From the NCBI GenBank assembly GCA_052279835.1, contig CP181291.1, positions 6,080,001 through 6,144,000 on the forward strand: a stretch of DNA of 64,000 nucleotides. The letters run 5' to 3'. This DNA comes from Microcoleus sp. (GTDB lineage Bacteria; Cyanobacteriota; Cyanobacteriia; Cyanobacteriales; Microcoleaceae). The translations under genes were made by a program, and so were the position numbers. This document shows, piece by piece, positions 28,172-37,504 of the stretch. The notes beneath the pieces are model-generated. The model ran no database searches. It was given only the letters and a program-made list of their open reading frames with translations, and was not told the origin of the DNA. Within the stretch, counting starts at the first letter, position 1. Each line of letters begins with the position of its first letter.

Positions 28172-30604
28172 CTATTTACCTCCCACTAGCTTCATCATTT
28201 TTTTAACCAGATTTGATATCCAATCGAAGAATTGGAACAAAATATGCTTCCACTTCTGCAAGCACACAGTTAAGATTAAATAAACCAAAATATGCACGCA
28301 CAAAATTCCCCAATTTAAACTCAAATTTTCCCAAGTGGGATCGTACACAGGAGTAGGCTCAAAGGGCTGAGGAAGCGTACTCCCATCGGGCAATTTAGTA
28401 GCTACGGGAACCATGGCATTGACATTAACTAAAGAGCCATAAGCACCCACAGACCAGCGGCTTAACATCAACCAAGAAAATTTACTGGCGGCACCTTCCA
28501 TCTTAAACAAAACTCCAGAAAAGATAATCTGAGGTAGTAATAAGAGAGGTAAAGCGCTATTAGCTTGAGAGCCATTTTTGACGATGGCGGAAACCACTAA
28601 TCCGAGACTGACGCAACTAAGTAAAGTTAGAAAAGTGGTAATGCTTACTCCGACTGTCCAGGAAATTAAACTCGGTTCTGGGTGTTTAAAAGCCATCAAA
28701 ATTACGGCTACCATTAAGATGGTTTGCAATACGGCTAACCCGGACAGGATTAAAACTTTTGAACCTACATAGGCGAATAATCCTAAATTGACTAAACGTT
28801 CGCGGATATAAATAGCTGATTCTTTGACAATTTCTTGGATAGAAGTTGCCAATCCTACCCAAATGGCTGCACAGGTAAAGACAAACAAAACTCGCAAGGC
28901 TAAAGGTGCTAAAGTTGCTTCCGGTGCGCCTATTAACGGGTCTTTGTCTCTGACTGCAAGCCGCAGTAAACTAATGCCGATCGGCGCAGTTAAAAGAGCT
29001 AAACTTAAGTTAACGCCGTCGCGGCAAACTAGCTGGAAATAACGTTGAGCAAGTAGAATGAGTTGTTGGATAAAAGATACAGATTTTGGCTGGGGAGGGG
29101 GTGTGGATTTTTTGGGTGGGGTATTTGCGGTCTTGTCGATGCTGAAATGATTTTCAATGTATTGCTGATTGTAGGGAGAATTGCTAAACTTATCCGCCCA
29201 GCTTTGAACGTTGCTTTCTTCGGTTTCTAGTTCGTTGTAAATGTCGGCAAAATCACCAGTTTTAACATCAAAAAAGTCGAGGGCTGTCTGTGGTGGACCG
29301 AAGTAACAGAGGCGACCGCCACGACCCATAAATACGATACGATCGCACATGGTGATATTTGCTGTGGCGTGAGTGACTAAAATCACCGTCCGACCTTGAC
29401 TTGCCAACTTTCGCAACAGTTGCATCATCTTTTTATCCAAACCGGGGTCTAGTCCTGATGTCGGTTCGTCTAAAAAGAAGAGTTTCGGGTTGGCTAACAG
29501 TTCGACTCCGATACTAACCCGTTTGCGCTGTCCGCCACTAAGTTCTTTGACTAAAGCCTTGCTGCGGTGAGTCATTTCAATATCTTCTAAGGTTTTAGCG
29601 ACTACTTGCTTAACGTTTGTATCGGGTGGTAGACGTAGTTTAGCTGCATAGGTTAATACTTCTTCTACTTTTAAATCGGCGTGAATAATATCATCTTGAG
29701 GGACGTAACCAATTTGATTGCGATAAATATTAAAGTTTTTTCTGAGGTCGTCGCCGTTGATATAAACGATGCCGCTAGTAGTTTTTTCAATGCCTAATAG
29801 TGTCCGCATTAATGTAGATTTTCCCGCGCCACTACCGCCGACTAAGGCTACAAATTGCCCTGGTTCGATCGCTAATTTGATCCGCCTTAAACGCTTGGGA
29901 ATCACCAGACAGTCAGCATCCAAACGAATTTGATTGCCGGAGTCTTGCATCTCCAACTCGCCACTGTGGTAAATTAGAGTAAAAGGACCGATCCGAATGG
30001 CATCTCCCTCGGACAATTGTACAGAATTTGTGACTCGCTGACCGTTAACAAACACGCCGTTGGCGCTGTGGTCTCGTAAAATATAATTGCCGCGACTGTC
30101 TTGGTCAATGGTGGCGTGGCGTCTGGAAACCAGGGGGGAGTCTAATTGCAGTGCTGCATTCGGATCGCGGCCCAACAATACCGACCGATTTTTGAGGGAA
30201 ATTGACTGTTTGTTTGATGCTACAACTTGATTTGCAGTGGGGTTAAAATATGTCAGTAAAACTTGATTTTTTGGGTCAAGACCGATTTTAATTTCTGTAC
30301 CATTTTTCAGACAATAACCGTCGTTGGGAGTGATGCGCGTGCGATCGACAAATAGGCCATTAGTGCTTGGCTGTTGACCGTTACCGTCGTAAATCCAGTA
30401 ATTATCACCTACTTGGCGCAAAACAGCGTGAACGCTGGAAACTGCGCGCCAGAGTTCAGGTACGATTAAATCGGCACGAGTGCGATCGCGCCCCAATACG
30501 TGTTGCTGCTGTGTCAACTCAAACTGTACAACTTGGCCTTGACTATTTAAGACTAAATATGGTCGATTGCTTAAAGCTGTGGGTTGTCCTATGCTGCCTG
30601 TCAT
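28172..30604 (-). CDS. Double-FHA ABC transporter (ATPase-permease fusion)
   Basis: Two FHA repeats (LGRD…SSVHA…STNG and LGRD…SRRHA…SANG), Walker A GGSGAGKST, LSGGQRKR, LDEPTSGLD, and C-terminal transmembrane segments. Confidence 0.92.
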   Translation of the reverse strand: MTGSIGQPTALSNRPYLVLNSQGQVVQFELTQQQHVLGRDRTRADLIVPELWRAVSSVHAVLRQVGDNYWIYDGNGQQPSTNGLFVDRTRITPNDGYCLKNGTEIKIGLDPKNQVLLTYFNPTANQVVASNKQSISLKNRSVLLGRDPNAALQLDSPLVSRRHATIDQDSRGNYILRDHSANGVFVNGQRVTNSVQLSEGDAIRIGPFTLIYHSGELEMQDSGNQIRLDADCLVIPKRLRRIKLAIEPGQFVALVGGSGAGKSTLMRTLLGIEKTTSGIVYINGDDLRKNFNIYRNQIGYVPQDDIIHADLKVEEVLTYAAKLRLPPDTNVKQVVAKTLEDIEMTHRSKALVKELSGGQRKRVSIGVELLANPKLFFLDEPTSGLDPGLDKKMMQLLRKLASQGRTVILVTHATANITMCDRIVFMGRGGRLCYFGPPQTALDFFDVKTGDFADIYNELETEESNVQSWADKFSNSPYNQQYIENHFSIDKTANTPPKKSTPPPQPKSVSFIQQLILLAQRYFQLVCRDGVNLSLALLTAPIGISLLRLAVRDKDPLIGAPEATLAPLALRVLFVFTCAAIWVGLATSIQEIVKESAIYIRERLVNLGLFAYVGSKVLILSGLAVLQTILMVAVILMAFKHPEPSLISWTVGVSITTFLTLLSCVSLGLVVSAIVKNGSQANSALPLLLLPQIIFSGVLFKMEGAASKFSWLMLSRWSVGAYGSLVNVNAMVPVATKLPDGSTLPQPFEPTPVYDPTWENLSLNWGILCVHILVYLILTVCLQKWKHILFQFFDWISNLVKKMMKLVGGK

Positions 30605-30830
30605 ACTTCAATCGCGTTTGTGAGACTCACTTTGTTAGCATATCAAAACCTGGACAACTATAAACTTATATTAATTTGGTAGTAAAGACTTCAGTCCTTT
30701 CTCTGATTTTTGAGACAGTCCTGGACGCAATTCTCACAAGTGGTAAGGTTATCTACTATCGAGAACCCCAAAAAATTGTTAACAAAACTCACATTACGCA
30801 CCAGAAATTTTAATATTTTAGTTCAAGAAT

Positions 30831-30900
30831 AGATGTCTCCCAAACAGATATTCCACAACAGGCCCTACAGCCTGTTCCACAGGAATTATGGGGGATGTGC
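30831..30900. mobile_element. Degenerate 70-bp copy of the AGACATCTCC-TIR MITE
   Basis: AGATGTCTCC…ACAGGC…GCCTGTTCCACAGGAATTATGGGGGATGTGC aligns with the outer element at 12281-12454 once its nested insert is removed. Confidence 0.55.
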
Positions 30901-31073
30901 CATCGAACTCTTTTCGGACTTACCCAGAGTTGAGAAGCTGGGTTGTCTGTGAACCCGGTTTCTTTGGTCCTATTCCATAGGTCCTATTATTTCTAGATTC
31001 TAGCGGAGGCAGTAGCTCAAGCCGCGCGATCCTGCTACGATCGAATTAGTTAACAAAACTTTGCATAACTGCC

Positions 31074-31964
31074 GTGACTACACAACAGCTAGTATCAGCC
31101 AACAGCTTAGAAAAATTAATTTGGACATGGCGCGGCCACAAAATTCAATATACAGTCCAAGGAACAGGCCGCCCTCTCATCTTAATTCACGGCTTTGGAG
31201 CTTCGATCGGACATTGGAGAAACAACATCCCCGCCCTGGCTGGTGGTGGCTATCGAGTATTCGCCCTAGACTTGCTGGGATTCGGTGCTTCTGCTAAGCC
31301 AGCTCTAGATTACAGCCTAGAGTTGTGGGAAGAATTGCTGACAGATTTTTGGAAGGAGTTGGTACAGGAACCGGCGGTGTTTGTCGGGAATTCCATCGGC
31401 GCTTTGCTGAGTTTGATGGTAGTCGCCAATCATCCCGAAATATCCGCCGGCGGAGTCTTGATTAATTGTGCTGGCGGACTCAACCACCGTCCCCAAGAAC
31501 TTAACTTTCTTCTGGGATTAGTGATGGGGACTTTTGCTCAATTAGTTCGATCGCCCATTTTTGGCCCCTTGCTATTCCACAACATCCGCCAAAAAGACCG
31601 CATCCGCAATACCCTGCGCCAAGTCTACAGCAACCAGGAAGCCATTACGGAGGAACTTGTAGAACTCCTCCACGCCCCCTCCTGCGATCCGGGAGCTCAA
31701 CAGGTTTTTGCGTCGATTCTGACAGCCCCCGCAGGTCCTCAACCGTCGGAATTGCTGCCTAAAGTCGATCGCCCGTTATTGGTGCTTTGGGGTGCAGATG
31801 ACCCCTGGACTCCGATCGCAGGTAGTAAAATTTATCAGGATTTGGCCGATAATGGGCGATCGGTCAAATTTGTTTCGATTCCCAACACAGGGCACTGTCC
31901 CCACGACGAACGCCCCACTCAAGTGAATGCTCTGATTTTGGACTGGATGACCCAGTTGAATTGA
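31074..31964 (+). CDS. Alpha/beta fold hydrolase
   Basis: HGFGASIGHW, DLLGFG, GNSIG nucleophile elbow and GHCPHDE motifs. Confidence 0.93.
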   Translation: MTTQQLVSANSLEKLIWTWRGHKIQYTVQGTGRPLILIHGFGASIGHWRNNIPALAGGGYRVFALDLLGFGASAKPALDYSLELWEELLTDFWKELVQEPAVFVGNSIGALLSLMVVANHPEISAGGVLINCAGGLNHRPQELNFLLGLVMGTFAQLVRSPIFGPLLFHNIRQKDRIRNTLRQVYSNQEAITEELVELLHAPSCDPGAQQVFASILTAPAGPQPSELLPKVDRPLLVLWGADDPWTPIAGSKIYQDLADNGRSVKFVSIPNTGHCPHDERPTQVNALILDWMTQLN

Positions 31965-32061
31965 TGAGTATCCCCAGCATCCCGATCCTTTGTGCCGAAG
32001 GCTTTCAAGGCTGATTTTTCCGCTGTTAGAAGACTTGCTAAAAAAATTTTTGTAAAAAGTC

Positions 32062-32090
32062 TTGACAGGGTTGGCTGAGTCGGCTAGAGT
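32062..32090 (+). promoter_or_regulatory. Sigma70-type promoter for the downstream sRNA
   Basis: TTGACA (32062-32067), 17-bp spacer, TAGAGT (32085-32090), with an AT-rich tract upstream. Confidence 0.7.
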
Positions 32091-32097
32091 AATGGAC

Positions 32098-32163
32098 GTG
32101 TGAGGAGCGAACCAGAAAAAGCACCGAGACGAAACACGGCCAGTCGTCGGTGCTTTTTCTGTT
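32098..32163 (+). ncRNA. yfr2: Probable Yfr2-family cyanobacterial small RNA
   Basis: Begins GTGTGAGGAG, complementary to the Yfr1 motif CUCCUCACAC, 8 nt after the -10 box. It then forms a long stem AGAAAAAGCACCGA…TCGGTGCTTTTTCT with GAAACACGG in the loop. Confidence 0.7.
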
Positions 32164-32366
32164 GAAACCATTTTTTTTAAGTTTTAAATTATCAAAAGCT
32201 GTTAATAGTTGGGTTGCTGGTTATGTGACTGAGGCGATCGCATTGGGCGTTGATGCTGGTAGGGCGATCGACCAACCAAAAACCTAGGTCATTAGCTGAC
32301 CTGTCATGGGAAAATTAAAGTCTTCCTAAAAGAACGGGACTTTAGACTCAAATTTTTGGTAATAAA

Positions 32367-33968
32367 CTACAAACTTGGATTTTCTGCAACCCATTGAACG
32401 ATCGCCTCAGTCAGCCCATCCAATGTATATTCCTTAGCTTCCACATCTAATTTACCCAATAAATTAGAGCAACTTTTGGAAGTTTCCGGCCCGATGGAAG
32501 CGATGCAAACATTTTTCAACCAATCCTGATTGCGAGACAATTCTGGGCTTTGTTCAATCAGTTTACAAAAGTTTTGTACGGTTTTGGAACTGGCAAATGT
32601 TATAATATCAACTCCTCGATTTTGCAGTGCGGTTAAGGCGATCGGATCGATGTTTTCGGGACAGCAAGATTGATAGGCTGGTGCTTCGATGACTTGTGCT
32701 CCTTTGGCGGTGAATTCTTTGACTAAAACTTCTCTGCCACCACTTTCTACTCTGGGAAATAGGATTTTGCAGTTTGTAGGGGCGATGCCCCCGCGATCGC
32801 CCTCCACGCCCTCCCAGGGGAAGTTTTCGACTAGGGAATCGGCGACAAAGTTGGGGGGAATAAAGTCTGGTTGCAAAGAGTGCGATCGCAAGGTTTCGGC
32901 GGTTTTTTTGCCGACAACTGCAATTTTAATTCCGAACAAGCTGCGGGCATCTTTGCCACTGGTTTCTAGTCTTTCAAAAAAGTAGTCTACCGCGTTGGTG
33001 GAAGTGAGAATTAACCAGTGAAAGCTTGACAATTGGGCGATCGCACTGTCCAATGGTTCCCAGGTGGAAGGGGGACCAATAACTAGGGCGGGCATTTCGA
33101 TGGCGCGGGCTCCTTGTTGCTGGAGGCGAGTGGTAAATTGACCAGATTGAGAAGCTGCACGAGTGACTAAAATAGTTTTTCCTGCTAGCGGCAATGGGTT
33201 CTTATTAAGAGTGATATTTATGTCGATCATGTTGGTGCTTTCGGGCTGGATTAAATATTCGCGTAATCTTACGACTTCCCCAATAATTATCACACAAGGT
33301 GACAGAGATTCGCCTGTGGTTTTGGCTAGGATATCGAAGAGATAAGCGCTCCAAATGTGTTGTTCGGGGCGGCCGCAATCTCGGATAATGGCGATGGGAG
33401 TTTGGCTGGATAATCCATGCTTTTGTAATTGCCAAACTATCTCACCCAAATTGCGCCCTCCCATCAATATTACCAAAGTTTCAATCTTGACTAATGCTTC
33501 CCATTCCAGAGCATCAGGTTCGTGGGCGCTCATCACTGCAAAACAGCGGCTCATTACTGGATCGGTGAGGGGAATTCCTGCTAGCAATGGTGCAGCGAAG
33601 GCGGAGGAAATGCCCGGTATGACTTCAAAGTCACAGTCGCCTGCGATTAATGCTTGAATTTCGGAGCTAGAACGTCCGAAAATAAATGGATCGCCACTTT
33701 TGAGGCGGACTACTTGTTTGCCTCTGTGGCAATATTCTACTAGCAAACGGTTGATTTCTTGTTGTTGAGTTGAGGGTTTGCCTCCGCGTTTTCCGACTTC
33801 GATTTTGAGGCAAGTTACGGGGATTAATTCGAGTTGGGGGATATCGACTAGAGCGTCGTAGATTAAGACTTCGGCTTGGGAGAGCAATTTTTGCGATCGC
33901 ACTGTCATCAAGTCACAATCTCCTGGCCCCGCCCCGACTAGATAAACTTTCCCTTTTTGGTTTTTCAC
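32367..33968 (-). CDS. cobA: Uroporphyrinogen-III C-methyltransferase / uroporphyrinogen-III synthase fusion (CobA-HemD)
   Basis: VYLVGAGPGD, RLKSGDPFIFGR and IPGISS motifs, followed by a HemD part with ILVTRA, LTSTNAV and TFASSKTV. Confidence 0.93.
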   Translation of the reverse strand: MKNQKGKVYLVGAGPGDCDLMTVRSQKLLSQAEVLIYDALVDIPQLELIPVTCLKIEVGKRGGKPSTQQQEINRLLVEYCHRGKQVVRLKSGDPFIFGRSSSEIQALIAGDCDFEVIPGISSAFAAPLLAGIPLTDPVMSRCFAVMSAHEPDALEWEALVKIETLVILMGGRNLGEIVWQLQKHGLSSQTPIAIIRDCGRPEQHIWSAYLFDILAKTTGESLSPCVIIIGEVVRLREYLIQPESTNMIDINITLNKNPLPLAGKTILVTRAASQSGQFTTRLQQQGARAIEMPALVIGPPSTWEPLDSAIAQLSSFHWLILTSTNAVDYFFERLETSGKDARSLFGIKIAVVGKKTAETLRSHSLQPDFIPPNFVADSLVENFPWEGVEGDRGGIAPTNCKILFPRVESGGREVLVKEFTAKGAQVIEAPAYQSCCPENIDPIALTALQNRGVDIITFASSKTVQNFCKLIEQSPELSRNQDWLKNVCIASIGPETSKSCSNLLGKLDVEAKEYTLDGLTEAIVQWVAENPSL

Positions 33969-34022
33969 GATTTTGCCTCCGTGGTATACTTGATATTAAA
34001 ATTGTCGGTTATATTTGATTTT

Positions 34023-37000
34023 ATGCAGATTATCATCATTACGGCCGCCGATGCAAATTACTTTGAACTGGTGCGAGGCACTATTTTATCGGTGCGGGAA
34101 AAACCAGAGGGGGAAAATGTGGCGATCGGCTTTTTCGATCTCGGCTGCACTCCCGAACAATTACAATGGCTAGAAACACAAGTTAATATCATTCAAAAAC
34201 CCGATTGGGACTTTGAATTTCCCGCCAAAAATGAAGCCCCTCACTATCTAAAAGGACTTTTAGCACGTCCGTTTTTGCGCCAATACTTCCCAAATTTTGA
34301 CATCTATCTTTGGATAGATGCCGATGCTTGGGTACAAAGTTGGAAGGCTGTTGAACTGTTAGTTAAAGGAGCAGCAAAGCGGGGTTTAGCAGTTGTTCCA
34401 GAACTGGATCGCGGTTATTATTTAGCTTACGGCAAACTGTCTTGGTACTGGGAATTTGTTTATCGGGATTATCAAGCAGCTTTTGGGGAAGAAGTTGCCC
34501 AGAAATTGCACAGCTATCCTACCATCAATGCTGGTGTTTTTGCGCTGCACAAAAATGCACCGCACTGGGAACTTTGGGCAGAATATTTGGCCCAGGGATT
34601 GCAGCAGCACGTCTCTTTGATGAGCGACCAAATTGCCTTAAATCGTTTGGTTTATGGCACTGCACTCTTTGACAAAACAGAGATATTGCCGGCTTGGTGC
34701 AACTGGAGTTGCAACTTTGGTTTGCCCGTGTGGGACAAGCAGCGAGGTTGTTTTGTGGAGCCGTATTTGCCGCAGGAGGCGATCGGGATTTTGCACATGA
34801 CGGGTCACAAACACGACTTGGTAAAATTGGCAACCACAGACGGCGATACAATAGAAATCAGCCTCCGCTACCAACCCATTCAGCCGAAAAAAATGAGAGT
34901 ACAAGCACAATCGGAAACCACAAATAATACTTTATTGTCCGCCGGAGATTACATATCCCCCGGATTGAAAATCATCCTCCCAGATGCGTACTTTCCCAAC
35001 ATGATAGTCGGCGATACTCAGACTTGTCCGTGGCCTTATCTACGTCGAGAAATTCCTCACAATTGGTATGTCGATGGGCGAGCTTCCTCAGTCGGCTTTC
35101 TCAGTCGCGACGAAGCACACATCCTTTACAATACAGCCCTGCAATTTTCAGGTAAAAAAGCTTTAGAAATCGGCTGCTGGCTGGGTTGGTCAGCCTGTCA
35201 TTTAGCCCTCGCCGGAGTGACCTTAGATGTCGTCGATCCATTATTAGAAAGAGAAGACATCAGACAAAGCGTCATCGACTCAATTCAAGGCGCTCTCAAT
35301 GCGTCGGGAGTTCAAACCACCGTCGAGCTAATACCCGGTTACAGTCCCCAACGAGTCGAAGAATTTGCCACTCAATGCAATCGCAAATGGTCGTTAATTT
35401 TTATTGACGGAGAACACGGCGGTGATGGCCCCTTAAATGACGCAATTACCTGCGAAAAGTTTGCCGAACAAGATGCGATAATTCTGTTTCATGACTTAGC
35501 TGCTCCCGATGTTGCTAAAGGTTTGGATTACTTAAAAGCAAGAGGATGGCATACTGTAATTTATCAAACAATGCAAATTATGGGTGCTGCTTGGCGGGGC
35601 AATGTCGAGCCAGTCGCACATCAACCAGACCCTAATATTACCTGGGAGTTGCCAGCACATTTGCAGGGTTATGATGTTAGTGGCAATTCTCAAAAAACCA
35701 GCGAAATAAGTTACAAAAAACAGTCATATTATACAACCAATTTTTACGAATTAATTAGAGAAGGGACTCGCAATTCAGCTCAAGAAATTATTCCCTTATT
35801 GTTAGAATTGATGCAACCACTTAAGCCACAAAGCGTTGTGGATGTTGGTTGCGGTACGGGAAGCTGGTTAGCTGCTTTTCAAAGGTTGGGAATTGCTGAC
35901 TGTTTGGGAATAGATGGCGATTATGTCGATCGCACTCTGTTAGAAATTCCCTTAAATCAGTTCAAGTCTCACGACTTAAAGCAACCGCTGCAAGTAGAAA
36001 GAAAATTTGACTTGGCAATTTCTCTAGAAGTTGCCGAACACTTACCCAGTACCTGTGCAGAAAACTTGGTTAATTCTTTAACTAAACTAGCACCAGTGAT
36101 TCTGTTTTCAGCAGCAATACCATTTCAAGGCGGTGTCGAACACGTTAACGAACAGTGGCCGCAATATTGGGCTTATTACTTTCAGAAAAACGGTTTTGTA
36201 GTCATTGATTGCTTGAGAAAAAAAATATGGAACAATGAAAAAGTAGAGCCTTGGTACGCTCAAAATATCTTAGTTTTTGTCAAACAAGAACACTTGTCGA
36301 GATATCCAAAATTAGTAAATGAACATCAACACACCGATCTGAATCAATTAGCGATCGTCCATCCCAAAATTTATTTTTACAGCTTACAAGTGGCTGCAAC
36401 TTCTAGCAAAAATTCCCACTCAAACCATCCACAAAGTGTAAAGCAAGTCGCAGCTTCGCCGCAGCTTCCAAGTCAACCTTTGATTTCTGTGATTATTCCC
36501 TGTTACAATCAATCTCATTTTTTACCCCAAGCAGTAACTAGCGTCATTAACCAAACCTACAAAAATTGGGAAATAATCATTATCAATGATGGCAGTTTAG
36601 ATACTACTAGCACCGTCGCCAAACAATTGATAGCCGCCAATCCCCAGCATAAAATCATCTTAGTAGAACAAGTTAATCAAGGGCTGTCAATGGCGAGGAA
36701 TGCTGGGATAGCAGCAGCAAATGGCGAATACATCATCCCCTTGGATGCCGATGACATCTTAGTTGAAAATGCCTTAACTTGTCTTTTAGAAATCTGTTTA
36801 AAATCAAATGTACCTTGCGTAGCATTTGGTTCTTATCAAATGTTCGGTACTGAAAATCGCACCGTACCCAGTTACGATTTGTATTCGCCGGAAACTATCA
36901 AGCAATCTAACATGATTCATCCGTCTTCACTGTATCACAAATCAGTTTTGGATTCGGTCAGCGGTTACAAAGCTGAAATGAAAGAAGGTTATGAGGATTG

Positions 37001-37214
37001 GGAGTTTTGGGTTAACTGTCACAAGCACAGCATTCCGTTTTTTGGAACTAGAGAAGTCGTTGTTAACTATCGTCGCGCTCATGGTTCTATGTTAGAAAAA
37101 GCTCAACCATACCATCATAAATTGGTAGCACAAATTGTTTCTTACAATCCAGAACTATACGATATTGAAAGTGTAAACAGTGCTAACAGACTATTGGAAT
37201 CAATCGCAAATTAA
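34023..37214 (+). CDS. Four-domain fusion: GT-A-like (DxD) domain, two class I SAM methyltransferases, and a GT2 glycosyltransferase
   Basis: WIDADAW; ALEIGCWLG…FIDGEH…LFHD; VDVGCGTG…SLEVAEHL; SVIIPCYN…NDGS…ARNAG…LDADD…YEDW. The ATG at 34023 avoids overlap with cobA. Confidence 0.85.
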   Translation: MQIIIITAADANYFELVRGTILSVREKPEGENVAIGFFDLGCTPEQLQWLETQVNIIQKPDWDFEFPAKNEAPHYLKGLLARPFLRQYFPNFDIYLWIDADAWVQSWKAVELLVKGAAKRGLAVVPELDRGYYLAYGKLSWYWEFVYRDYQAAFGEEVAQKLHSYPTINAGVFALHKNAPHWELWAEYLAQGLQQHVSLMSDQIALNRLVYGTALFDKTEILPAWCNWSCNFGLPVWDKQRGCFVEPYLPQEAIGILHMTGHKHDLVKLATTDGDTIEISLRYQPIQPKKMRVQAQSETTNNTLLSAGDYISPGLKIILPDAYFPNMIVGDTQTCPWPYLRREIPHNWYVDGRASSVGFLSRDEAHILYNTALQFSGKKALEIGCWLGWSACHLALAGVTLDVVDPLLEREDIRQSVIDSIQGALNASGVQTTVELIPGYSPQRVEEFATQCNRKWSLIFIDGEHGGDGPLNDAITCEKFAEQDAIILFHDLAAPDVAKGLDYLKARGWHTVIYQTMQIMGAAWRGNVEPVAHQPDPNITWELPAHLQGYDVSGNSQKTSEISYKKQSYYTTNFYELIREGTRNSAQEIIPLLLELMQPLKPQSVVDVGCGTGSWLAAFQRLGIADCLGIDGDYVDRTLLEIPLNQFKSHDLKQPLQVERKFDLAISLEVAEHLPSTCAENLVNSLTKLAPVILFSAAIPFQGGVEHVNEQWPQYWAYYFQKNGFVVIDCLRKKIWNNEKVEPWYAQNILVFVKQEHLSRYPKLVNEHQHTDLNQLAIVHPKIYFYSLQVAATSSKNSHSNHPQSVKQVAASPQLPSQPLISVIIPCYNQSHFLPQAVTSVINQTYKNWEIIIINDGSLDTTSTVAKQLIAANPQHKIILVEQVNQGLSMARNAGIAAANGEYIIPLDADDILVENALTCLLEICLKSNVPCVAFGSYQMFGTENRTVPSYDLYSPETIKQSNMIHPSSLYHKSVLDSVSGYKAEMKEGYEDWEFWVNCHKHSIPFFGTREVVVNYRRAHGSMLEKAQPYHHKLVAQIVSYNPELYDIESVNSANRLLESIAN

Positions 37215-37227
37215 TCTTTTTTATCTG

Positions 37228-37500
37228 GTAGGGTGCGTCGCTGCTATATTTTTGATTTTAATTGCAGATTGTCGAGTGCGACGCACCTTACAGTATCTAT
37301 CGGTGGATTGAAATTGTAATTTCAACCTACATTTTATATCAATTCTGGTTGTATCGGAATGATTTAACCGCGAAGGCGCGAAGGACGACCCCCCCCTGCC
37401 CCCCCCAAGGGGGGAAAGAGGCAGAGAAGAGAGAGTGAGAGGGCGGGTTTTTGAAATTGTTAGTTTTGGGGCGATTATTGTTGATGAACCCGCCCCTACG
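37228..37500. repeat. Cluster of dispersed repeats between convergent genes
   Basis: GTAGGGTGCGTCGC…GCGACGCACCTTAC hairpin at 37228-37291; an inverted copy of 9420-9514 at 37339-37433; GGGCGGGTTT…AACCCGCCCCTAC at 37438-37500. Confidence 0.8.
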
Positions 37501-37504
37501 GGAA

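Noticed and set aside
31002..31045. tRNA-like GTAGCTCAA
   Set aside because: No T-arm (GTTCRA) or acceptor stem.
32040..32170. CRISPR leader or repeat suspicion (AT-rich leader, hairpin, GTTGAAAC)
   Set aside because: A single occurrence with no repeat-spacer periodicity and no cas genes; better explained as an sRNA.
33957..34022. Longer start for the glycosyltransferase fusion
   Set aside because: It would overlap the divergent cobA start; ATG 34023 is more plausible.
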